Shown here one piece after another: positions 53,240 through 62,009 of a stretch of 64,000 bases of DNA. A model generated the notes under the pieces. That model saw only the letters and a list, made by a program, of their open reading frames with translations. It did not search any database and had not been told where the DNA came from. This DNA comes from Paraphysomonas bandaiensis (taxonomy: Eukaryota; Protista; Chrysophyceae). Location: NCBI GenBank assembly GCA_965644295.1, contig CBFFRP010000355.1:57405-121404 (forward strand), given 5' to 3'. The first letter of the stretch is position 1. Every line of letters begins with the position of its first letter. The position numbers and the translations under genes were made by a program.

Positions 53240-53659
53240 CAGCTCGGAGTAACTAACGAGAACCACGCTGCTATTACACTTGTGTGTCTGATATCCGCAC
53301 CGTCGGTCTGGAGGCTCTATGGGATTCTAGTCACATATACATATATGTTCACAGTATGCTGTGTAGATACTACTGTGTAGGCCTATAGCATACAGCGTAT
53401 AGCGTACAGCGTATAGCGTATAGCAGTGCCTAACCGTATATTACACACAACAGTATACCTGGTATACTGCTGTAGTATTATATCTTGTCACAAGCACTGG
53501 ATACATCCCAACAATATTTTATATGATATACCGGTATACCGTTGTATACTGCCTCTATACAGAGTGATTGTCCAATTTTAAGACAGTACTGGAATCAGTG
53601 AATCCAATCAGCCATATGAAGTGAAGTGTGAGTGCCCTCATATACCGCTGCACACATAC

Positions 53660-53787
53660 ACACATACATACATATATCCATAGAGCCGTATAAGGTCCAA
53701 AGACAAAGAGTGCAGTGGGGGTGTAGACACATACATACATATATCCATAGAGCCGTATAAGGTCCAAAGAGTGCAGTGGGGGTGTAG
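53660..53787. repeat. Two-copy tandem duplication (67 + 61 bp) just upstream of the RdRP-fusion start
   Basis: ACACATACATACATATATCCATAGAGCCGTATAAGGTCCAAAGA(CAAAGA)GTGCAGTGGGGGTGTAG at 53660-53726 and 53727-53787. Confidence 0.9.
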
Positions 53788-53834
53788 TGTTCCTACCATT
53801 GTCTGCGTGTACTGTTACTGTTATATTATCAACC

Positions 53835-56800
53835 ATGCAAGGCCTAACAAACCCTATCGGTGAGTTACATGAGCTCGTGGCGAAGTTGTCTCCGGGTACT
53901 CCATTGAACTTTAAGGAAGAGAAGATGATTGCGGGCTTTGTCTGTACCGCTTCTGTATATATATATAACAGAGAATATAGTCGACAAGGCGAGCCGAAGA
54001 GCACAAAGAAAGAAGCGAAGAAAAGTGCAGCATCATTATTATTGAATGATATTAAAGTTACGGATAGTGTACAGCCGACTGAGCCAAATGATACTGATAC
54101 AAAAGATGATTCGGTAGCATCTTATAACGCATTGGAGCAAACCAGTGATTGTTACGCTGATGAGTTGGCAGCCAACAGTGAATCAAGTTGTGTTATATGC
54201 ACTCAATGTTCTAGTGTCCTTGGTTCATTAGTCGATTTTATTTTATTTCAGAAATCGGAATCAGAGATCGAGTTTTCTTTAAAGGAAAGCTGCATTAGTT
54301 CTTACATTTCCACAGAAAAGTTGAAAATAAAAGATAATCTCCACAACAGCTCCTCCAGGTTTCACACCTCGTTTTGGAATGTGGTTTGTGGGAAATGTAA
54401 TAGAAAGTTGGGTGTGGAAAAATGGAATGGACTTTCCAAAATGGTTGTGTTTGGTTGTAATAAAGTACATGTGGACTGCTTAAAAGAGTTTGCAGGGAGA
54501 AAGTGGGTTACAATGAAGAATCATTTGCATCACATTGGCGTTAAGGTAATTTCAGAGTATACATCTTTGTCGACAGATGTGGAATATAATCCACACAAGG
54601 AGTTAGTTGTTGCAGCTTCATCGGAGTGTTTTGAATGGAAGGATTTAGTCAAGAATGGTCTTAAGCCGCGCCCCTATCAGATAGATGCATACCACGCATC
54701 TCTGATTACCAATATCGTGATAGCTATGCCAACTGGGTTTGGCAAAACACTGATAGCGTCGATGACACTGCACCGAATGACCCTGCTGAATCCTGAAAGG
54801 TTGGGTATTTTGATTGTGAGTAGAATTCCTCTTGTCTATCAACAAGCGGCTGCTATTGAAGAACACACATGGTTGCCTGTCTGCAGGCTCTGTGGTGAGA
54901 CAAGTACACCGTATTTGATAAAAAAGATTAAAAATAGATGCGCCAATATCATTGTTGCAACTGCCGGGTCGCTCTTGGATATACTGCAAAAGAAAATATT
55001 ATATATATCCAATTTTAGCTGTATGGTATTTGATGAATGTCACCACGTTAACAAGAAGCACGACTATAATCGCATTTTGCTGGAGTATGTCAGCAAGTGT
55101 CCATCGAAAATAGGTCCTCGTTTAATTGGCTTATCTGCTTCCGTTGTGTCCGCTAAAACAGTGGCCACAGCTGCTGAAAATGTTCGTAAGTTGAAGATAG
55201 CGTTTCGGGATGCAATATTATGGAATACTCGCTTTGATTTCGATCAAAATGAAACAAAGTGGCACGTTGAAGTGAACACCTGTAACCAAGAGGAGATGAA
55301 CGAATATTTGTTTCAAAAGTTAAAAGGCTACATATCGTGTCTGTCTAAATTAATAGGTACAGAAATGCATTCAATGGACAGTATAATGGATCCACAATCG
55401 TCATGGGCTGCAATACTTGGATGGGCAAGAAAATTGCGACGCCAAGTTGACAGCAGTATTAAAGCGGACGTGGAGTGTTTGATAGGGCAAGTGGAAGTTG
55501 CTGTTGCGGCTCTGGAGTGTAATGAACTCCTTGGTCCATACTACGTCTACAAGTTGTTACTTGAGTCATCTCGTGCTGATGATATGGACGCTGCCATTCC
55601 TTTACCTCTCTTACCCCAACTGGAAAGTAAGTACAATATTTCAGAGCTCATTGAACGTGAAAGTTCTGTTGAAGACACTGCGGAACTTCTATCACATCGT
55701 GTGCTCAAGCTTGAGCTGGAGATTCGGAATCTCATTAATATGAGTACAAATTCAAGAGTAATTATATTTGTAGACACGAAGAAGGCGGCCAAAATGCTTA
55801 AGAGTAGGTTGGATATATCGATACGTGAGTGGAAATCTGCTATAATAGTTGGGCACAGTGGGTACGATGGCATGAGCTGGGGAGAGCAAAAGAAAATACT
55901 GGAAAACTTCAGATGTGGAAAGATACGGTTGCTGATATCTACCAGCGTATTGGAAGAAGGTCTGGATGTACAGAGTTGTGACCGAGTTTTTAGATTGGGT
56001 GGCCGATGCTCACTTATTCAAATGGTGCAAAGTCGAGGACGTGCCCGCGCTCAAAATAGTAAGCTGCAGATGATTTTAACGGAAAAAGAACAAGACCGTA
56101 TGATTAAGTTGATGGCTGAGGAAAGGAATTTGCAGCTAGTTCTTGAAGAGGAATGTCAAAGAGAAAACTATGATAGCATAAGGCGTAAGCTAGACAAGCT
56201 GTCTGTGCCGCAAGTAAACGTGGATAAGGATGAAAACAACAGTATGCCGTGTGCTCCAGTTGATGATTATAGTAATTTTACCGAACACTACGCTTTAAAA
56301 CTTTTTGTCCACGGTGGTGGTGACCATAAAATGGTAGACTATTGTCAAAATGAATTATCTGATTACGCGAAACTCCATCATTTTGAGCAGACTTCTATAA
56401 ACGCATCTGTTGATTTACAGTGCTCAGCTTTCGACAAGGACACCGCGGTTTTAGTTGCCAGCTTTTCCTCAAACACCAAAAGTTTTTTCCCTATGTTTTG
56501 CTCTAACTGGAAGTTTCAGTTTCAAATTCGTACTAACGATGATGTCCACCTCAACGATGTCTATATGGCCGTCCCCTCTTCTGAGGTGTTCCCGGAAGGC
56601 CATGTAAATGTGGAACCGATAGGGGGTATTACAGTTGGCTACTTAGTAGATAAAAGACGTTTCGAGAAGTGCTACCGTCTTGGCAGTGACGAGTTGGTTT
56701 ATTCGTCACTGACACTTACTCCTGGAAAGTCCTGGAAACTTACTGCTACCCACAAAGACGGTGATGTTCATATTAGTGACCCAGTGACGAAACTCAACTC

Positions 56801-59800
56801 TTTTGCTTTGATTACTTTTGACACAGTTTCAAACACAATCACTCTTTATCTCATCCTCTCATCCCCTCCAGCGGTTGTAATTTGTGACCGTGTTGAAGGA
56901 AAAAGTGAGCGTGTATCTTTACACTCTCTCTCGAAATCGAATATATATCAACTGGCCCAGAAGGATTTGGAAGCTCTCAAAGGACTTCCTGTGATTGCCA
57001 TATCTTTTCCACTATCGGAGTGGGAAACCCTTTTGAATGCTGTTGGAAACAGGAATATATTAGGAGTGAGAACATACATAACTCGTGTCCATCAGACAGA
57101 GCGTCGCCTAGATACCTATGAAAGGAATGTGATTAATTCTTTCTCAGAGAAAGACCAACTGGAGTGCATCTGGGCTCTTGAATCCCTGAAAGCTCACAGT
57201 TTTATGATACCTTTGAATCCACACGTTATTTTGACATTGCATCGATATATCCACAATGCCTTGAAAGATGGAAAAGGTATTATTGCTGGCATTACACGCG
57301 CTTTATACCGCTTGCCAGTGGTACTCGCACATTCATCTCCTTGGACAGATGCCTTTGAAATGTTCCGCAACATTCTATCTAGCGTCGAAACCTTCCCGAA
57401 CGATTTCTTTGGCGAAGAGTATATAAGTGTTCCTCGTGTTGTAGTTACGCCATCAAGAATACTCTGTCAGCCCTACACTTGGGTAAAGAGTAATAGACTT
57501 CTGCGAATTTTTACACCCGACTTCACCTTCATTTATGTTGCATTCAGGGATGAAGATGGACAGTATTTGTTTAACACACACGTGTTCACTAGTCGTTATC
57601 AAAATATTCTAGATTGTGGCCTGGAAGTATGCGGACGGCTGTTGTCATTTGTCGCTGGATCCGGCTCTCAGATAAGAGGACAGGTTGGAACGTTTGTACT
57701 GGGTGATGAATCTGTAGCCAGCAGTATTCGAGATCGGATTATTCCGAGAACTCAATTTGAAGGGTCTATGTCGAAATATATAAGTCGTCTTGGTCAATTT
57801 TGCACTGCAGATTATCCCACTGTCGACTTATCTGCAGCGAGATGCAAGGTTATAGATGATATATACACCTCTGGTTCTCCTCGCCATCTACTTACAGATG
57901 GAGCTGGAATGATAGCACCGAAGATGTTTGAGTATTTACAAACTAAGTTTTCGAAAGTCGTCAGCAGCAGTTGTTGCGCAGTGCAAGTTCGTGTTCAAGG
58001 CCACAAGGGGACCCTCTCTGTTGCTGACATATCCCACTTTCCGGAAGTAGATGTCGTCTTTCGAAGGAGCATGGAAAAATTTTCTAGTAATGACATGACT
58101 CTTTGTATTGCATCATGTGCTGAATACAACCCGCTGAAGCTGAATAGAGATTTCTTGAATCTTTTATTTTCTATTGATACCAGTGAAGGATGGACACCCT
58201 ACAATTATCTGTATCATATACAAGAGAAGGAGCTCTGCAGACTAGCTAATATTCTAATGGACGAAGATGCTGCACTACAGGAATTAGACAGCATCGGATA
58301 TGCAACAGATTCATTGCGACGGGCAAAGCACATGATACTGAATGAGCCTTTTTTTGTCAACCTTTTGGTGACTTATTATCACCAAAAGTGCAGGGCCCTC
58401 CGTTCCAAGACACAGATTCCGATTTCTGATGGATGTTTGTTAATGGGAATTCCTGATCCTTCTGGTCTCTTGAAAGATGGTGAGGTTTTTTTGCAACCGC
58501 ATTCGCCTGAAAGCGAGACGCCTACATGTGTTTTGGGTAGGGCGCTAATATGGAGAAATCCTTGTTTGGATCCCGGGGACCTGCGGTGCGTTCAATGCGT
58601 AGATATTCCCGACTTAAGGAGATACGTCAATGTTCTTATTCTCCCAGCATCGGGTACTTGTCGGCGCTCTCTAGCCAGTGAATGTTCTGGTGGAGATTTG
58701 GATGGAGACAAATTTTCTATTATGTGGGATGATTCCGTTGTACCTCCGTCTCGTTTGACGCCGTGGGATGCAGTGGACTATGATATGAACGCTCAGAAAG
58801 CGAAAGAAAGTTACCCTGCTGAAGAAAGTGGTTCCATGGGATCTGTTGTCGCCAAAACTATGTGCAACACTGCCTTAGGTCGTATCGCGAGAAAGCATAT
58901 GGCGTACTGTGATCAGAAAGATGCCGGTGCTGCTGATCCTTATGCCCGTGAAGCCGCACTTGCACAGGCCCTTGCTGTCGACTACCCGAAAACTGGCATT
59001 CCACCTAGAATACCTATCAAAGTTGACCGGATAAAATCCTACCCATCCTTTATGGAGAACACGACGAGGGACTCATACGTGTCACGTAAACCCCTCGGAA
59101 TGTTATATGACCGGTGTATCTCTGTGGTATACGACACCAATTTTGCGACCTTGACTACACAAGTACTACCACAAGACGTCTTTTTGATTCCCGACAGGGA
59201 AGTATATCAAGACGAGGCCAATCAAGTCTATAAACTCTACAGGGATGATATAATGAATTATATGATTCGCTTTGGACTGAAGTATGAAAGTGAACTCATA
59301 CTTGCCATGCCACTCTCACTGCAGAATGAGTTGTCTTCTGACATTGGGGCCGTTCAGCGATCCCTTAAAATAGCGTGGGAATCAATTCAAAGGAAATATC
59401 AAGAAATTTTTTACCAGGGTTTGCATGACGGCACTTGCAGAGCTGCTGCATGCAAGGCGTCAGCGTGGTACTCTGCTGCATACGATATAGAGAGGGAGGG
59501 ATATGACGGTTATCGAGTCTTGAGTTTTCCATGGCTCGTCGCCGAACACTTAAGTGGGCTATGTGATTCGTGCAATATTTCCACGGGTTGGATATATGAG
59601 CTAGTTGGTAGTGAGGTGTTAGCGCTATGGAAACAAGCCGTTCCTATGATCAAGCATATTGTGTCTGTGAAAATGGAGGTTTTTGAAAAGATAAAAGCGA
59701 TTGTGTTAAAATTTAATGACAGTTTTCGTATTGAGCCGTATGGGTCTGTCGCTCATAGGTTGTGTGATACTTCTTCAGATCTTGATATTTTCGTGGAGAA

Positions 59801-62009
59801 TACAGGGGAAAATAGAATGGATCGAATAGAAATGTTGAAAGAAGTAGCAAGTGTGCTACTGGATGTATCATCGAACGTAAGGTTAGTAGCAGATACAGAT
59901 GTACCTGTGGTGAAAGCGGCGTTAGATTCCGATACTTCTGGGAATGAGGCCGAATATGTTGACGTATGCTCCAACGAGGATGGCGTCAATAAAGCAAGGT
60001 TTATACAAGCTTTCTACCGGAATTCTGCCTGCAATATTGTGATAATGCATTCGTTGATAGAATGGGCAAAGTGCTGTGGCATTCTGCAAAAGTCTCGTGT
60101 ACGTAAGGGAGAATTTCACGCACTGGTACTGTCAATTCTCTACGACCCTGAAATTGTTGCTGGAGATAATAGGAACGAGGGAGTCGATATTGATTCGGAT
60201 ATTATTGATAGTACAAAAAAATGCAAAAGCACTGAGGTTGGTGAGAAGCTGCTTCGTTTTTTTAGATTGGGACAGACAAAGGGGGGTGCTGATTTTGAAT
60301 ACACGTGGCCTGTTAGAGGGTCTCCACAACATAAAATATCCAGTATTCACATGACCGATTTCTCGAAATGTTGCGCCCAGGCGTACCACTGTCTTGCCGT
60401 ATCGCGTTCGTGGAAGGAATTACTGCTCCACATCAGTCAGAATGAAACGCAACAATCGTGTGTCATTAAGCTCCCCAATAACTTAATCGTTACTGAGGAG
60501 CTTGAGAAAGTAAGGCAGTTCCATACCCTACTCTTAGAAAATAAAACTGGGGCACGAGTGGAGTTTGACATGTCAAGTGCAATATCGTGTGAAGTACGGG
60601 GATGGGGAACTAGAAACCAACTTCGCTTGTTGGAATCTGAAGTGTACCGATTATTTAATATGGGCAAGTACTACCTGACGGGAAGTATCCGCATGAAACC
60701 GAGTGTTTACTTTATGGAGGGGTCATCTTTTATGTTTTGCAGGTATGCTTCAGGATCACATGCCAAAATGAAGTTTAAACCTTATCTTTCGAAAAACTTC
60801 TACAATCGTCACTGTTTCAACGAGCGGGCACGACCGTATTTGATGTCAGCGAAATGTCAATCCTGGGAAGCGTGTTTTAAGTTAACATTAAAAAAAAAGA
60901 TTCGTGAACAGCTTAGACTCTTGCTTCTCGAAGATGGCGAAGAAATCTCGATGTCAGCAAACTTTGGTACTTTCTACGGAATCAATGCTACGAGTTCCTT
61001 TGGAGCGGGGGCTATACTTGGCATATCGCTGCATGAAATTGAGAATGCCTACAAAGATAACAGAAGAAATAAAGAAAGGGCTGAATATGATGACCATCGT
61101 AGTGTATCAGCATCGTATGACGTGGATCGTCAGAGCAATTGTCATTCCTCCGTGGAAGTGACTTCTGCGGATCACAGGGATGACTCTGACAGTGAGCGTC
61201 GCAAGAGTATTGCTGACTCGAAGAAAAGTAGAAATGGAAACTTCACCAGCTCTTTCTGGTCAGGCATCACTGATGATGACGTTAATTTTTCAAATGTGTA
61301 CGAAACTGTGAAAACTTTATTATCGCGTATTGGCTATATTGAGTCGAGTGATGATGAGAGGAAAGTAAAGATTCAATTTGCAGCTTCTTTGAGCTATCAA
61401 GCCAGTGTGGTTGCAAATACTGACGGCTCAATTGAAGAGGTGTATGAAAGACCGCTAAATTGGGTGAGTGCGACATTATTGACTGGCAATGGGGGTGAAG
61501 GGGATGGCGTTGTTGGCCATGACGAATTCCCACTTTCGTCGACAGCCAGTTCCATTCGACGACAAAACGACATAAGGTTTAAAGTGGTCACCAAAAAGAA
61601 ACTGCCTACAAATCACAAACTATTCAAACGGGCAACGTGCAATGACAGGTCTCCAGTTGTTATCAGTGAGTCAAAATTGAAGCTAAGCGAATTCCTGCAG
61701 CCCGAAGATAGAGAGCGGGTTTATTTTGCGCGAAATGTTTTGTCCCGAAAAGTATTTGAATATGCTGTAGATGATGATGGGTGCCCGCTGAAAGTGAAAG
61801 CATCGCTTGAGGAGGCCGAACATTTCTCGGGCCGGGAGCTGTCGCACTTTGTTAACGTTATTTCCCTCAATTTGGATTTTGATTCCCGCCCGTTAGTCGA
61901 ATGGGTAAACAGGCCGCCTCAACCTGCAAATGCTCTGGATGCATGGCTCGATGCTGTAATTTCCCACGCAATATTGATATCGGACTTGATTTGCACTAAC
62001 AGTGGGTGA
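53835..62009 (+). CDS. Multidomain RNA-silencing enzyme: dsRBD - Zn (RLR-CTD-like) - DExH helicase - cellular RdRP - nucleotidyltransferase - KH-like - unknown C-terminus
   Basis: dsRBD NPIGELHEL..KKEAKKSAA; CTQC..CGKC; PRPYQ, MPTGFGKT, FDECHH, GLSAS, STSVLEEGLDV, QSRGRAR; RdRP VTPSR, SNRLLR, TDGAGMI, QVR..GHKG, RNPCLDPGD, SGGDLDGD, AVDYPKTG, SFPW; NTase YGS-x10-DLD. First ATG at 53835; no in-frame stop over 2724 codons. Confidence 0.9.
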   Translation: MQGLTNPIGELHELVAKLSPGTPLNFKEEKMIAGFVCTASVYIYNREYSRQGEPKSTKKEAKKSAASLLLNDIKVTDSVQPTEPNDTDTKDDSVASYNALEQTSDCYADELAANSESSCVICTQCSSVLGSLVDFILFQKSESEIEFSLKESCISSYISTEKLKIKDNLHNSSSRFHTSFWNVVCGKCNRKLGVEKWNGLSKMVVFGCNKVHVDCLKEFAGRKWVTMKNHLHHIGVKVISEYTSLSTDVEYNPHKELVVAASSECFEWKDLVKNGLKPRPYQIDAYHASLITNIVIAMPTGFGKTLIASMTLHRMTLLNPERLGILIVSRIPLVYQQAAAIEEHTWLPVCRLCGETSTPYLIKKIKNRCANIIVATAGSLLDILQKKILYISNFSCMVFDECHHVNKKHDYNRILLEYVSKCPSKIGPRLIGLSASVVSAKTVATAAENVRKLKIAFRDAILWNTRFDFDQNETKWHVEVNTCNQEEMNEYLFQKLKGYISCLSKLIGTEMHSMDSIMDPQSSWAAILGWARKLRRQVDSSIKADVECLIGQVEVAVAALECNELLGPYYVYKLLLESSRADDMDAAIPLPLLPQLESKYNISELIERESSVEDTAELLSHRVLKLELEIRNLINMSTNSRVIIFVDTKKAAKMLKSRLDISIREWKSAIIVGHSGYDGMSWGEQKKILENFRCGKIRLLISTSVLEEGLDVQSCDRVFRLGGRCSLIQMVQSRGRARAQNSKLQMILTEKEQDRMIKLMAEERNLQLVLEEECQRENYDSIRRKLDKLSVPQVNVDKDENNSMPCAPVDDYSNFTEHYALKLFVHGGGDHKMVDYCQNELSDYAKLHHFEQTSINASVDLQCSAFDKDTAVLVASFSSNTKSFFPMFCSNWKFQFQIRTNDDVHLNDVYMAVPSSEVFPEGHVNVEPIGGITVGYLVDKRRFEKCYRLGSDELVYSSLTLTPGKSWKLTATHKDGDVHISDPVTKLNSFALITFDTVSNTITLYLILSSPPAVVICDRVEGKSERVSLHSLSKSNIYQLAQKDLEALKGLPVIAISFPLSEWETLLNAVGNRNILGVRTYITRVHQTERRLDTYERNVINSFSEKDQLECIWALESLKAHSFMIPLNPHVILTLHRYIHNALKDGKGIIAGITRALYRLPVVLAHSSPWTDAFEMFRNILSSVETFPNDFFGEEYISVPRVVVTPSRILCQPYTWVKSNRLLRIFTPDFTFIYVAFRDEDGQYLFNTHVFTSRYQNILDCGLEVCGRLLSFVAGSGSQIRGQVGTFVLGDESVASSIRDRIIPRTQFEGSMSKYISRLGQFCTADYPTVDLSAARCKVIDDIYTSGSPRHLLTDGAGMIAPKMFEYLQTKFSKVVSSSCCAVQVRVQGHKGTLSVADISHFPEVDVVFRRSMEKFSSNDMTLCIASCAEYNPLKLNRDFLNLLFSIDTSEGWTPYNYLYHIQEKELCRLANILMDEDAALQELDSIGYATDSLRRAKHMILNEPFFVNLLVTYYHQKCRALRSKTQIPISDGCLLMGIPDPSGLLKDGEVFLQPHSPESETPTCVLGRALIWRNPCLDPGDLRCVQCVDIPDLRRYVNVLILPASGTCRRSLASECSGGDLDGDKFSIMWDDSVVPPSRLTPWDAVDYDMNAQKAKESYPAEESGSMGSVVAKTMCNTALGRIARKHMAYCDQKDAGAADPYAREAALAQALAVDYPKTGIPPRIPIKVDRIKSYPSFMENTTRDSYVSRKPLGMLYDRCISVVYDTNFATLTTQVLPQDVFLIPDREVYQDEANQVYKLYRDDIMNYMIRFGLKYESELILAMPLSLQNELSSDIGAVQRSLKIAWESIQRKYQEIFYQGLHDGTCRAAACKASAWYSAAYDIEREGYDGYRVLSFPWLVAEHLSGLCDSCNISTGWIYELVGSEVLALWKQAVPMIKHIVSVKMEVFEKIKAIVLKFNDSFRIEPYGSVAHRLCDTSSDLDIFVENTGENRMDRIEMLKEVASVLLDVSSNVRLVADTDVPVVKAALDSDTSGNEAEYVDVCSNEDGVNKARFIQAFYRNSACNIVIMHSLIEWAKCCGILQKSRVRKGEFHALVLSILYDPEIVAGDNRNEGVDIDSDIIDSTKKCKSTEVGEKLLRFFRLGQTKGGADFEYTWPVRGSPQHKISSIHMTDFSKCCAQAYHCLAVSRSWKELLLHISQNETQQSCVIKLPNNLIVTEELEKVRQFHTLLLENKTGARVEFDMSSAISCEVRGWGTRNQLRLLESEVYRLFNMGKYYLTGSIRMKPSVYFMEGSSFMFCRYASGSHAKMKFKPYLSKNFYNRHCFNERARPYLMSAKCQSWEACFKLTLKKKIREQLRLLLLEDGEEISMSANFGTFYGINATSSFGAGAILGISLHEIENAYKDNRRNKERAEYDDHRSVSASYDVDRQSNCHSSVEVTSADHRDDSDSERRKSIADSKKSRNGNFTSSFWSGITDDDVNFSNVYETVKTLLSRIGYIESSDDERKVKIQFAASLSYQASVVANTDGSIEEVYERPLNWVSATLLTGNGGEGDGVVGHDEFPLSSTASSIRRQNDIRFKVVTKKKLPTNHKLFKRATCNDRSPVVISESKLKLSEFLQPEDRERVYFARNVLSRKVFEYAVDDDGCPLKVKASLEEAEHFSGRELSHFVNVISLNLDFDSRPLVEWVNRPPQPANALDAWLDAVISHAILISDLICTNSG

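Noticed and set aside
53835-62009. Calling the giant ORF a Dicer, or an endogenous RNA virus replicase
   Set aside because: No RNase III or PAZ signature is visible, and the polymerase has the cellular DxDGD double-psi-barrel motif, not a viral GDD palm.
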